NCBI GenBank assembly: GCA_963762565.1
Contig: CAVXLD010000010.1
Location: 160,001 to 224,000 of the forward strand
DNA length: 64,000 nucleotides
Reading direction: 5' to 3'
DNA from: an uncultured Verrucomicrobiae bacterium
GTDB lineage: Bacteria; Verrucomicrobiota; Verrucomicrobiia; Chthoniobacterales; JAFAMB01
In this document: piece after piece, positions 30,604 through 41,357 of the stretch
Layout of the letters: each line of letters begins with the position of its first letter
How positions within the stretch are numbered: position 1 is the first letter of the stretch
Made by a program: the position numbers and the translations under genes
Notes under the pieces: model-generated
Told to the model about the DNA's origin: nothing
Databases searched by the model: none
Seen by the model: the letters and a program-made list of their open reading frames with translations, nothing else

Positions 30604-32430
30604 ATGAATCCACCGGGGTCAGGGTGGGCGCACAAGCTTTTGCGGGTTGCGACTGGTTGGATCGCTCCTACCCTGCTGAGCTTCGCATTAGTCCAGGGTG
30701 CTTCGTCTGCACCTGACGCAGCGTTGCCGAAGCCTGCATTCAAGTTGCGAGACCCCGACGAGAACGTTTTCTCTGACCTGCGTCCAGGCGCGCCGGATTT
30801 GGGACTAGCGAAGACAACCGAGAGCAAAGCGGACGCTGAAGCCGCTTTTATTCAGGCCCTATTGCTGGAGGATGAAGGAGATACGGATGGCGCCTTGGCC
30901 GCCTACACCAAGGCGCTACAGCTAGATCCTGGAGCCGATCCAGATTTGGCTATCCGCGTAGCCAGCGAGTACGCGAACCGGGACGAAATCCCGAACGGGA
31001 TCGATCTGTTGAAGGACTTGGTCAAAGTCCGGCCAAACGAGGTCGAAGGGCTTCTGGCGCTGTCGGACCTTTATCTACACCGGCTAAAAAAACCGTACCT
31101 GGCGGTCAGCTATGCCGAGCAGGCCTTAAAAATCGCACCAAATCAGCTCAACACGTATCAGACGCTTTTCGAGGTTTATCTGGCTCTGAAGCGTAAGAAA
31201 GATGCAGAAGCCGTCTTGTTACGCGCAGAGAAACTGAACACCGAGGGCCCCAGTTTTTGGCTGACGCTTGCCGGCCTTGGGGTTCGCCTCTATACAAACG
31301 ATAAGGGGGTCTTTCAGTCTCCACATGTTTCATTAGTGCAGCCGTGTCTGGAAAAAGCCGCGGAGTTAGCCGGAAAAAATGCGGACACCTACTCCAAGAT
31401 CGGCGACGTCTATACCCAGATCGGTCAAGTCGCGACTGCGATTAACTTCTATGTTAAGGCACTCGAACTGAGCCAAGGTGACCAGGAAGTTGAGTACAAG
31501 CTCGCCGAGAGCTTCGCCAAGGCCGGCCAACGTGATGAAGCAATCAAAGCGCTCGAGGACTTAATCCAGAGCAATCCTCTCCGGCCTGAGATTTATGAAT
31601 TCGTAGCTCGGCTTTACCAAACCTCGAAAAACTACGAACGCGCTTTAGAAAACTACCAGCAAGCACTGCTGTTAGCGCCTGATCGGCCTGAGAACTATCT
31701 ACACGCCGCCGGGATGCAGTTGGAACTAAAGAAATACGACGCTGCTATCGCTACCTTGAATGAAGCGAGGCATCGATTTCGGATTCCCCAGATTACTTAT
31801 AGCTTGGCCATCGCCTTGAGCACAGCAAACCGCTTCGCCGATGCTATGCCGGTGTATGAGGCCGCTCTTCAGGAGGCTCGAGATTCGCAAGAGGAAGTCC
31901 TGGATGGTGCCTTCTATTTCAATTACGGTGTTTGCGCTGAACAAGGCGGCTTCATAGAGAAAGCCGCAGCACTCCTGCAAAAATCGATTGAGCTCGATCC
32001 TTCCAAAGCGGCGCAGGCTTACAACTATATCGGCTACATGTGGGTAGACCGAAACATGAACCTGGAAGATGGCGGCACCATGATCAGGAAAGCGTTGGAG
32101 TTAGAGCCAAACAACGCCGCTTATATAGATAGCCTTGGATGGTACTATTACCATGTGGGCGACTACAACAAGGCCCTGACCGAGCTGATGCGAGCAGCAG
32201 ATAACCTAAAACCTGAAGACCCCGTCGTTTTTGAACACGTTGGAGACACTTTTCAAGCTTTGGGAAAAACGGGCGAAGCCCAAGTGTATTGGCAGAAAGC
32301 GCTTAAGTTGGATCCGAACAACCAAAAACTGGCTAACAAGCTCGAAGAATCCAAAGCCAAGCTAACTGCAAACCCGTCGCCCGTTAGTTCTCCTTTGCCT
32401 CAGGCCAAGGCAAGTCCGTCGGCGCAATAA
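30604..32430 (+). CDS. Exported tetratricopeptide-repeat protein
   Basis: Signal-like N-terminus, many TPR units, AYNYIGY / YIDSLGW / EHVGD motifs. Confidence 0.88.
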   Translation: MNPPGSGWAHKLLRVATGWIAPTLLSFALVQGASSAPDAALPKPAFKLRDPDENVFSDLRPGAPDLGLAKTTESKADAEAAFIQALLLEDEGDTDGALAAYTKALQLDPGADPDLAIRVASEYANRDEIPNGIDLLKDLVKVRPNEVEGLLALSDLYLHRLKKPYLAVSYAEQALKIAPNQLNTYQTLFEVYLALKRKKDAEAVLLRAEKLNTEGPSFWLTLAGLGVRLYTNDKGVFQSPHVSLVQPCLEKAAELAGKNADTYSKIGDVYTQIGQVATAINFYVKALELSQGDQEVEYKLAESFAKAGQRDEAIKALEDLIQSNPLRPEIYEFVARLYQTSKNYERALENYQQALLLAPDRPENYLHAAGMQLELKKYDAAIATLNEARHRFRIPQITYSLAIALSTANRFADAMPVYEAALQEARDSQEEVLDGAFYFNYGVCAEQGGFIEKAAALLQKSIELDPSKAAQAYNYIGYMWVDRNMNLEDGGTMIRKALELEPNNAAYIDSLGWYYYHVGDYNKALTELMRAADNLKPEDPVVFEHVGDTFQALGKTGEAQVYWQKALKLDPNNQKLANKLEESKAKLTANPSPVSSPLPQAKASPSAQ

Positions 32431-32845
32431 AGGGCTGTAAGCCCAATCGTTCTCGTTCTCGTCGTCGTCCTCGAACGATTCGGGGATGGCGCGTGTAGAC
32501 CCCCAGGACCTGGAGGGGAGCCGCTTTGGGACGTGCGAGGCGACCTCACGATATTCATCTCAGGGCAGGATCTGGTCGACAAACGTTGCTAGCAGGCGGC
32601 TCCCGAGAATAGCCCAGCGTGATATTTTTCCCCATCGTATCTGTCGGTTGCAGTGAGAATGCGACAGCCGATAGAACTACATCACGTGGAGACGTTCTCG
32701 GGAGCCGCCTGCTGCCAACCGATAGAGCTTCAATATTATAAAGCGGCTCCCCTCCAGACGCTGGGTGCGTCAATACCTTCATACCACCCTCCCTTCGATT
32801 CGAGGACGACGACCGAGGACGAGGACGATTGGGCTTACAGCCCTT
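32430..32845. repeat. Nested palindromic element, GGAG family copy 3 (four layers)
   Basis: Perfect 21-bp outer IR AAGGGCTGTAAGCCCAATCGT, then a (TCGTTC/TCGTCC)n layer, then the GGAG core at 32509-32757 with its inner pair. Confidence 0.88.
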
Positions 32846-34130
32846 ATACCGCTTGAGGTTGCTGATTCACCAAGAAAGGTTGAACCCGGGCGAAGACCTT
32901 GGGCGACACGAGCGCTACTACTGAGGCGACCCGCTCACCATACTCTAGCCGTAAGACTCTTCCGGTGCGATGTAACAGAGACAAGAGCTCGGTTCTATCT
33001 AAAGGTAGGGCGAGCTCTACTTTGGTCGATCGGTCGCTCAGTTTTTCGGCAAACCGTTCCAAGAGGTCGTCCAACCCCGCTCCTGTGTGCACGGAGACGA
33101 AAGCTGCGTCCGGAAAATGCAAACGTAAAGCGTGAATTGTGGCGGGGTCCTCTAGGCGGTCGATCTTGTTCAGGACAGTAATTGCCCTCAAAGTGTCCGC
33201 CCCTAATTCATCCAAGACTCGCTTGGTCGTGTCGTAAAAGTCGTACACCCGCGGATGGCTTGCATCCAGGACATGAACCAGGAAGTCGGCCCGAGCGGCT
33301 TCTTCCAAAGTTGCTTTGAACGCCTCGATCAACCGGTGCGGCAAATTGCGGACAAAACCCACCGTATCAGTTAATAGGAGCGGCTGACCGTTCCCAAGGT
33401 CGACCCGGCGAGTCGTCGGGTCCAGCGTCGAGAACAACTTGTCCGCCACCAACACCTCTGCGCCAGTCAGCCGCCGAAGCAGAGAAGATTTGCCCGCATT
33501 GGTATATCCAACGATTGCGGCATGCGGCAGCGGAAGACGTTCGCGTTGTTTCCTCTGCGTCGCCCGCCGGGAACGAACCAACTCCAGATCCGCTTTGACC
33601 GCGTCGATATGCCGCCTGACAATTCGGCGGTCGGTCTCAAGCTGGGTTTCACCTTCACCTCTTCCGCCGACGCCGCCAGCCTGGCGGCTCAGGTGGCCCC
33701 ACGCCCGTGTCAACCGGGGCAGCGAGTATTCCAATCTTGCCAACTCTACCTGTAGCCTCGCTTCTTTGGTCTGAGCGCGCTGGGCAAAAATATCCAGGAT
33801 GACTTCTTGGCGGTCGATCACTGGCAAATTGGAAAGTGCCTCCCAATTTCGCTGTTGCGCGGGTGTAAGATCGTTGTCGAAAACAATCAAATCGGCGCCG
33901 AGTTGTTGCACCTCCGCTACGATCCCTTCGGCGCGTCCTGAGCCCAGGAAATATCTCGAGGTAGCCTCTTGAATCTTGACGAGCTCTTTGTGAACAACCG
34001 CAATTCCCAAGGTCTGGACGAGTAGCTTCAGCTCGTCTAGCAGGCTGCTCGCTTCGTCTTTAGCGTGTTGATCTCGATAAACTCCGACCAAATATGCAGT
34101 CCTGCTACTTCTAACGTTGGTGTCTGTCAT
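32844..34130 (-). CDS. hflX: GTPase HflX
   Basis: ILDIFAQRA, GEGETQLE.DRR, GYTNAGKS, DTVGF, NKID. Confidence 0.96.
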   Translation of the reverse strand: MTDTNVRSSRTAYLVGVYRDQHAKDEASSLLDELKLLVQTLGIAVVHKELVKIQEATSRYFLGSGRAEGIVAEVQQLGADLIVFDNDLTPAQQRNWEALSNLPVIDRQEVILDIFAQRAQTKEARLQVELARLEYSLPRLTRAWGHLSRQAGGVGGRGEGETQLETDRRIVRRHIDAVKADLELVRSRRATQRKQRERLPLPHAAIVGYTNAGKSSLLRRLTGAEVLVADKLFSTLDPTTRRVDLGNGQPLLLTDTVGFVRNLPHRLIEAFKATLEEAARADFLVHVLDASHPRVYDFYDTTKRVLDELGADTLRAITVLNKIDRLEDPATIHALRLHFPDAAFVSVHTGAGLDDLLERFAEKLSDRSTKVELALPLDRTELLSLLHRTGRVLRLEYGERVASVVALVSPKVFARVQPFLVNQQPQAV

Positions 34131-34134
34131 TCGG

Positions 34135-35313
34135 TTAGCTTGCAAAAAACTCCCTAATCCTGAGGATCACGAGTGCCTGTTCCTCATCGGTCAGTTCCGG
34201 AAAAATAGGCAAAGCTAGACACTCCTTAGCCGTTTGTTCGACGACCGGGAAATCGCCCGTTCGATAGCCAAGGTTTTGGAAGCATCGCTGCTCGTGCAAC
34301 GGGAGTGGATAGTAGATCTCCGTTCCAATACCTTGCTCATTCAATGCCGCCCGTAGCTGGTCGCGCAGCGCTGTCCGTATCACAAACTGATGATAAATAT
34401 GACCGCGCCAGCCGCACGATTCGTGATACGGCTCCATCGGAAGCCCAATCCCTAAACCCTTCAACCCGCTGTGGTATCGCTGAGCGATGGACCATCTTCT
34501 CTTCGACCAATTTTCGAGGTGACTAAGCTTACGCAATAAAACGGCGGCTTGCAACGCATCCATGCGAAAATTTCCGCCAACTACCTCATGATAGTACTTG
34601 GGCTCCATCCCATGATTTCTCAGGATCTGCAATTTTTTGGCCAGATCCGGATCGCTCGTTACCACAAGGCCCGCGTCTCCAAACGCACCGAGATTCTTAG
34701 TCGGGTAAAAACTGAAAAAACCTGCGGCGCCCACGCTTCCTGCGTGTACGTGGTGGTCTCCATCCGGGAATAACGCCCCCAAGGCCTGAGCCGCGTCCTC
34801 GATCAGAGTCAGCTTCCACTCGTCGCAAACCCGGCGAAGTCCGGCCAGATCACTGCATAGCCCGAACAGATGAACCGGTATTACGGCGCGTACGTTGAGC
34901 CCCTCACGGGTTTTAACTCCGGATTCGGTGGTTACGCATTCTCTTTTCAGGAATTCTTCAAGCTTCGGCACGGAAAGATTCAGCGTTGCCGGGTCGATAT
35001 CGACAAAAAGAGGTTTAGCACCGACTCGAACCACGGTACCGGCCGTCGCAAAAAAGGTAAACGGCGTGGTGATGACAGCGTCTCCCGGTCCAATCCCCAG
35101 TGCCATCAGAATCAACAACTGCGCATCCGTCCCTGAAGACGTGCCTATTCCAAATCTCGCACCGGAGAAACCGGCAATCCGCTCTTCAAGCTCCGCTACT
35201 TTCGGTCCGAGGATAAAAGCCTGCGACTCACAAACCTGCGCCAAGTCAGCTAGAATCTCCGCCCGGAGCGTCTGAAACTGGCGATGCAGGTCAAAAAAAG
35301 GTATCTTTGTCAC
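34135..35313 (-). CDS. DegT/DnrJ/EryC1/StrS aminotransferase
   Basis: SSGTDA, PVHLFG, IEDAAQA, SFYPTKNLGAFGDAG. Confidence 0.92.
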   Translation of the reverse strand: MTKIPFFDLHRQFQTLRAEILADLAQVCESQAFILGPKVAELEERIAGFSGARFGIGTSSGTDAQLLILMALGIGPGDAVITTPFTFFATAGTVVRVGAKPLFVDIDPATLNLSVPKLEEFLKRECVTTESGVKTREGLNVRAVIPVHLFGLCSDLAGLRRVCDEWKLTLIEDAAQALGALFPDGDHHVHAGSVGAAGFFSFYPTKNLGAFGDAGLVVTSDPDLAKKLQILRNHGMEPKYYHEVVGGNFRMDALQAAVLLRKLSHLENWSKRRWSIAQRYHSGLKGLGIGLPMEPYHESCGWRGHIYHQFVIRTALRDQLRAALNEQGIGTEIYYPLPLHEQRCFQNLGYRTGDFPVVEQTAKECLALPIFPELTDEEQALVILRIREFFAS

Positions 35314-36749
35314 TCTTCCGATACGGTTCCTCGCAGGTCGTATACCTGAGTTCCAGTAATCTTCACCGTAGCAAACTGCCCGACAGGCAATGGCTTCTCC
35401 AGCAGCACCCGTGGATCAACTTCCGGGGCGTCACCTTCGGTCCTGCCTATAAGCGGTTGTTCCACTAAGACTTGCCTGGTGAGTCCTACCTGCGATTGCG
35501 CCCACTCGGCAGCGATTCGTTGCTGTAGCGCCATGGCCGTTCGATACCGTTTTTGTTTCACGGTCTTAGCAATCTGATCCGGCAGTTTCCCCGCGCGTGA
35601 CCCTTGTTCCTGGGAGTATTGGAAAACACCCAGGCGTTCAAACCGCGTCCGTTCGATGAAGTCGAGCAAAACCGCAAACTGTTCGTCTGTCTCACCAGGG
35701 AACCCAACGATAAAGGTAGTCCGAAGGAAAACGCCCGGGATTCGCTGTCTCATTTCCGCTAGCAGGTCCTCAATATGTTGGCGGGAAGTTTCACGCCTCA
35801 TGATTTGCAAAACCTGCTCGTCGATGTGTTGCAGCGGGATATCGATATACTTCGCTACCTTCGGGTTAGCGGCGACGGCGTCCATCAACTCGCGGCTCCA
35901 GTGTGCCGGATGCGTGTATAGAAGCCGGATCCAAAATTGGCCATCAATCATTGCCAAACGATCAAGCAACTTAGTCAACGTAGGTCCACGTCCCGAGTCT
36001 ACCGGCTGACGCGGGCCCGCCTTGGCCGCCCACAAATCCATCCCATAATAGGTCGTGTCCTGGCTGATCAGGTTGATCTCTTTAACGCCGGCGCCAACCA
36101 ACCTTTTCACCTCTTCTTCAATTGACTCAATACTCCGGCTCCGGTGCCGGCCCCGCATCTGGGGAATCACACAGAAGCTGCACGGATGATTGCACCCTTC
36201 AGCAATTTTTACATAAGCGAAATGCGAAGGAGTCAGTTGGAACCGAGGCGTATCAAAATCAGGGATGAACCTGGATCGGCCGCCCACCAAATTGACGGGC
36301 GCCGAACTCGATTCGCTCTGCAATAATCGTTCGATGATTTCTCCGGCGTCAGCAACTTGATCCAGGCCGATAAACGCATCGACTTCGGGAATTTCAGCTG
36401 CCAACTCATTGGCAAAACGCTGAGATAAACATCCGCTCACGATGAGCCTCTGGCGTCCTCCTTTCCGGGAGAGACGTTGCTCATGGGCGTTCAAAATCGC
36501 CTCGATCGATTCCTCCTTAGCCGCATCGATAAAGCCACAGGTATTGACGATCATGACATCGGCTTCCTCGGCGGAGCGGGTGATTTCCATCCCCTTGGCC
36601 CGGACACCTCCCAACATGATCTCTGCATCCACCAGATTCTTGGCACAACCAAGACTGATCATCCCAACCCGGATCGGCTGCGGTTTAGCGGAGGAGCCTG
36701 TACTCGACTCTGTTCGTACCTGAGTCTCAGCGGTCATAGCATTACTCAC
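35310..36749 (-). CDS. rimO: Ribosomal protein S12 methylthiotransferase
   Basis: SLGCAKNLVD, NTCGFI, radical SAM motif CNHPCSFC, C-terminal TRAM domain. Confidence 0.95.
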   Translation of the reverse strand: MSNAMTAETQVRTESSTGSSAKPQPIRVGMISLGCAKNLVDAEIMLGGVRAKGMEITRSAEEADVMIVNTCGFIDAAKEESIEAILNAHEQRLSRKGGRQRLIVSGCLSQRFANELAAEIPEVDAFIGLDQVADAGEIIERLLQSESSSAPVNLVGGRSRFIPDFDTPRFQLTPSHFAYVKIAEGCNHPCSFCVIPQMRGRHRSRSIESIEEEVKRLVGAGVKEINLISQDTTYYGMDLWAAKAGPRQPVDSGRGPTLTKLLDRLAMIDGQFWIRLLYTHPAHWSRELMDAVAANPKVAKYIDIPLQHIDEQVLQIMRRETSRQHIEDLLAEMRQRIPGVFLRTTFIVGFPGETDEQFAVLLDFIERTRFERLGVFQYSQEQGSRAGKLPDQIAKTVKQKRYRTAMALQQRIAAEWAQSQVGLTRQVLVEQPLIGRTEGDAPEVDPRVLLEKPLPVGQFATVKITGTQVYDLRGTVSEE

Positions 36750-37675
36750 TCGATTACAATATCACTGTCTTGACCGCTTACCGCCTGGCCGTTCTTGCGC
36801 AGCTCTAGCGCGCTCTTGTCGAGGGCTTTAAGCCAGAACCGTTTCCCTTGGATCACAATGGCTGGACTATTTGGCCCAATGAAATCATTAAAGACCGGTT
36901 CCGAATTCTCCTGGTCTTTGGTGACTCGAAGCCAGGTTCGTTCTTTAACCTTTATCTCAAGCTTCTGAGACGGCGCGGCGCTTGGACTTGAGGCCGGCGA
37001 CGCATCAGCGGTGTCTTTATCCGCTGAGGTTACCGGCAGTGCTCGCCTGACCTCGACCGACGGCTCCGGAGTCGCGGATGCCGTTGTTTGCGGGTTTGTG
37101 GAGACCTGAGAGGGGCCGGTTGCCGAGGCTGCTGGCTGTCTGGAAGGTTGCGGTACCGCAATCGCTAACGGTGACGAGGCCGTTAAAGGTGTTGCCGATT
37201 GTCGTAGACCCGATGCCGGCGTTGTCCCGGTCGTCTTATTTTGTCCATCCTCAGTGGGGTTCAATCGGGAAAGGTTGACCGCGAAAAAAGCGACCAATGG
37301 CACCCCGATCAAAATTAGAACTGCAATAACCGCAAGTACTAGAGGCGGCGCCAAGCTCTTCTTTGGCTGGTTAAACCGCGGCTCCGGACGGAATTTAGGT
37401 GGAGGTCCGGCCGTCAGGTATTTGAACTCACCGAACCCAACTGCCCGGTTTACCTGAAAATTTTCTAAATCGTCCTGAATATCCAGGCCAAGAAAGCGGG
37501 CATATTTAACCAGAAAGCTACGGGCGTACACCAAGCTAGGAAAATGAGTGAGGTCATCAGCCTCCAGATCGACGATTCGCTCCGGCCTTATCTTGGTGGC
37601 CGCTGCGACCTCGTCGATCGTCAACTTCTTTTCCTGTCTCGCCTTCTGAAGCCTTCTGCCAACTGTCTCAACCAT
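36746..37675 (-). CDS. rodZ: RodZ-like HTH membrane protein (HTH_25 + DUF4115)
   Basis: N-terminal HTH (G..L..AR...YAR.F...YA..LGLD), single TM, Ser/Pro/Thr linker; lies between ftsK and rimO. Confidence 0.8.
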   Translation of the reverse strand: MVETVGRRLQKARQEKKLTIDEVAAATKIRPERIVDLEADDLTHFPSLVYARSFLVKYARFLGLDIQDDLENFQVNRAVGFGEFKYLTAGPPPKFRPEPRFNQPKKSLAPPLVLAVIAVLILIGVPLVAFFAVNLSRLNPTEDGQNKTTGTTPASGLRQSATPLTASSPLAIAVPQPSRQPAASATGPSQVSTNPQTTASATPEPSVEVRRALPVTSADKDTADASPASSPSAAPSQKLEIKVKERTWLRVTKDQENSEPVFNDFIGPNSPAIVIQGKRFWLKALDKSALELRKNGQAVSGQDSDIVIE

Positions 37676-37709
37676 CCGCAAAAAAAAATTTGACAACTAG
37701 AACGAAGTG

Positions 37710-40092
37710 TTAACCCCCGAAGAGATGGCCGCGATCCACGCCGGATTCACCAACCAGAGCGTCGAGAGGAACCAGGATTTGTCTTGGTTTAGCCCCTTCG
37801 CCAGGGCCCAAAATGCCTCTGCGTTCAAGAATGTCAACTACCCTGGCTGCTCGGGTATAGCCGAGACGCAAACGCCGTTGTAACATCGAAGTAGAAGCCC
37901 TTTTTTCTTGGTGGATAATTTCCAAGCAGCGTTTGACTAGTTCTTCGTCCTCCTCAGTAACATCATCATCAGGCGACGAACTCGATTCTAGCTGCGTCTG
38001 GACCTCTGCGTCGAACGATGGCTGAGCCTGCGCCGCAACAAAGCTAACTAGCCGATGAATCTCGTCATCGGTTACCAGCACTCCTTGGGATCGAACCAAC
38101 CTCGAGGTCCCCGGAGGCCGATAAAACATGTCGCCCTGTCCGAGCAATCGTTCTGCCCCGTTTTCGTCCAGAATCACCCGGCTATCGAGACCAGAAGCAA
38201 CTTGAAACGCGATCCGAGTGGGAATGTTCGCCTTAATAACTCCAGTGATGATATCCGCTCGCGGCGTTTGAGTTGCTACGATCATGTGGATTCCGGCTGC
38301 TCGCGCCATTTGGGTGATTCTGGCAATAGCGCTCTCCACATCCGCAGGAGCCGTCTGCATTAGATCGGCAAGTTCATCAATGATAACCACAATGTAGGGC
38401 AGCTTTGCAGGAATGATCAAATCTTCATCCCGAGCATTGCGCGCGCCGTCGGGAACCTGAGGCTGTCTTTGATCTCGGCCGGAATCAGCTTCCAGATCTA
38501 ACTCTCGTTGGGACTTCGATTTAGGCCGAGCGTTAAAACCGGCAACATTCCGTACCCCGGTTTGCGCAAAAATCCGGTATCGTTTCTCCATCTCGGAAAT
38601 AACCCAGCGCAGTGCCAGCAGAACCTTTTTCGGGTCAGTGACGACCGGGATTTTTAAGTGGGGCAGCGAGTTATACATCTGCATCTCCACTACCTTGGGG
38701 TCGATCATCACGAATTGAAGATCGGCCGGGGAAAAGCGGATCAGGATGCTGGCGATAACTGCATTGATGCAAACGCTCTTCCCGCTGCCGGTTGTACCGG
38801 CTACCAGACAGTGCGGCATCTGCGCTAGATCACCCAAAATGATCTTCCCATACACATCCTTGCCCAGGACGATGGGAATCTTCATCTTGGTTTGCGCCCA
38901 GTCCGGCGATTCCAAGATCTCTCGCAGCGCCACCTTAACTTTCTTTGTGTTGGCGATCTCGATTCCCACTGTGTCTTTGCCCGGGATAGGGGCGAGAATA
39001 TGGATCCGCTCCGCTCGGGTCGCCCTGGCCAAATCGCGCTCCAAGCTGGTAATTCTATCGACTCGCACTCCGCGGGCCGGATAGACCTCGTATCGGGTGA
39101 TCGTAGGGCCCCGGGTAATGTCTCCCGGGGCAACCTCGATATTGAATTGTTTCAGCGTATCGACCAGGACCGCTTGCGTCTCTTTTAATTCAGCCGGATC
39201 ACTCGCTTTTCGGCTTTCAAGCTCAAGGGGATCGAACAGGTCTATGCCCGGTAGCTGGTAGTCTTCACTCACCGGCTCAGGCAAACGGGCCGGACGGCTT
39301 GGTTTTTTCGAAGGAACCGGCGGCGCCAAAGTATCGACCACTCTTGGCTCAGGGCGCGCGACCGACGCTTCCTCTGGCAAAGAAACCCCTTTTTTCTTGA
39401 GTTCTCGCTCTTGCCTTTTGATCTCTTTCTCGATTTTTCTTTGATCCAAATCGAGGCGCTCGCGTTCGTCCGCGGCAGCCAGGCGCTTCTGCTCGCGATC
39501 CGTCGCTGCCTTGCGAGCAAGCGCACGCATTCCCAAGAAAATCTGTTTCACGATCGTCACCGGCCGGATTCCGGTCAGCCAAACTAAACTCACCAGATAG
39601 ATGCAGATTAAGGCTACAATCGAGCCGATCTTACCGAGAGCGTTCTCCAGCAACCCCGCTCCCACCCAATAACCGAGCATTCCCGCCGGGGCCGAGCAAT
39701 TTGAACTGCTGTTCCCAACTTCGCAGAAACCAAGGTTGAAGCTGGGTCAGCGCTGAACCGCTTACGACAAATAATAACGCCCAAGGTAATCTCTTGAAAA
39801 TGCGAAACCCAGGCAGGAAAAGCTTAGCAACTCCGAATCCGAGAAGCAAAGAAGCGACCAGGTACGCCGCCGCGCCCAGCGTAAGATACAAAAATCCAGC
39901 CAAGATGGCTCCGGTCGGACCGATAAAGTTCTGGGTTGGATTATTTGGCGGACTCTTATAACTGAACCAAACCCAAGACGGAACATCCCCCGGGTTGTAA
40001 GAGATCAGTGCCAGAAAAACCACGGTTCCGATCCCAAGAGCGGCTAGCCCGACTACTTCGTTCCATGGGTTTTGCCGGCGGGATCTGGGCAT
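37710..40092 (-). CDS. ftsK: DNA translocase FtsK, split by a 1-nt frameshift near 39682
   Basis: N-terminal TM domain (ALISYNPGD..N.IG..GA) in one frame; motor (AGTTGSGKS, DELAD, ATQ) and gamma domain (STSMLQRRLRLGYTRAAR) in another. Confidence 0.9.
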
Positions 40093-40159
40093 TGCCGGGC
40101 ATTTTAGTTCCTTCAGCGGCGCTTTCAAAGCGGAAAGGATGATGGGGCGAGGCAGGATT

Positions 40160-40275
40160 TTTTCGTTCTCGTCCTCGTCGTCGAAGAGCCAGGCGGTCGA
40201 GAAAGTGATCAGTAGTGTTTGTTCCCAACGATCTCGTGACACCTACACCGTACGTTCGGAGGACGAGGACGAACA
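40160..40275. repeat. Inverted pair of (TCGTCC/TCGTTC)n hexamer-type repeats
   Basis: TTCGTTCTCGTCCTCGTCGTCGAA ... TTCGGAGGACGAGGACGAA; same motif as the outer layer of the GGAG elements. Confidence 0.65.
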
Positions 40276-40396
40276 ACAATCTCCCGGCATCGCCCCTCGC
40301 CCGACTACGGCCCTAGAAAACACGCGCCAGCGCTCTCGCCTCGACCCTACCAATTTTGTCGCGACTCCATCGGCATCTTGGATAAAATCAGCTCCG

Positions 40397-41344
40397 ATGG
40401 AGCATTACATGACGTTTGAGCCGATTTATCAGGAACGGGTCTGGGGTGGTCAATCGCTCTGCTCTGCTTTTGGACGCAAGTTGCCGGATGGCTGCCTAAT
40501 CGGTGAGTCCTGGGAATTGGTTGACCGAGAGGAAGCACAGAGTGTGGTTCAAGATGGACCTTTTAGAGGTTGGACGCTGCACCGGCTATGGACTGAGCAG
40601 CGAGAACAACTGTTTGGACCGGGCTTCGACGATCCCCGGTTTCCGATCTTGATCAAAATCCTCGATGCCACGGATAGGCTTTCGATTCAGGTGCACCCAC
40701 CGGCACCGTTAGCGGACCAGTTGCAGGGACAACCAAAGACCGAAGTCTGGTATTTTGTTCAGACGCAGCCCGGAGCCCAGGTTTATGCAGGTCTTAAAAA
40801 GGGTGTTACCCGGGACCACCTTCAACAGGCATTAGTAGAAGGGGTGGTAGAAGACCTTGTCCATGCTTTGCCAACGCAAACCGATGCCTTCATTTTCATC
40901 CCCAGCGGTCGAATTCATGCCATCGACCGCGGCAATCTGATTTTCGAGATTCAACAGAACAGCGATACCACGTACCGCTTATTTGATTGGAATCGGGTGG
41001 ACTCGAACGGAAAACCGCGCAAACTCCACGTTTCTGAATCGCTTGCTTGTACAGACTATGAAGATATCGAACCCGCCTTGGGAGTTGCCGAGGGTGAGGT
41101 TCTCGCGTCCTGCCCGCATTTTCATGTCGAACGTTGGGAATTGCATGAAGCCCGAAAGGCGAATAGCCTTCCGCGGTTCGCGGTTTTCCAAACCGTTGCC
41201 GGAACGGTTCGGTACGATGATGCGACCTTTAAACCAGGAGATCTCTTTTTGATTCCAGCCTCTGCTCACGATCAACTCATCGAACCCGCACAAGAAGGAA
41301 CTGTAATATTGCGAACGACATTGCCCGCAGAAGACGTTTCATAA
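40397..41344 (+). CDS. manA: Type I mannose-6-phosphate isomerase (cupin)
   Basis: VWGG, GESWE, FPILIKILDA, LSIQVHP, KTEVWY, HAI, EIQQNSDTTYRLFDW. Confidence 0.9.
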   Translation: MEHYMTFEPIYQERVWGGQSLCSAFGRKLPDGCLIGESWELVDREEAQSVVQDGPFRGWTLHRLWTEQREQLFGPGFDDPRFPILIKILDATDRLSIQVHPPAPLADQLQGQPKTEVWYFVQTQPGAQVYAGLKKGVTRDHLQQALVEGVVEDLVHALPTQTDAFIFIPSGRIHAIDRGNLIFEIQQNSDTTYRLFDWNRVDSNGKPRKLHVSESLACTDYEDIEPALGVAEGEVLASCPHFHVERWELHEARKANSLPRFAVFQTVAGTVRYDDATFKPGDLFLIPASAHDQLIEPAQEGTVILRTTLPAEDVS

Positions 41345-41357
41345 GCGGTCGCCGGCG

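Noticed and set aside
40093..40396. N-terminal extensions of ftsK and manA (DDEDENE, SSSSSS)
   Set aside because: They are read-through of the intergenic (TCGTCC)n repeats
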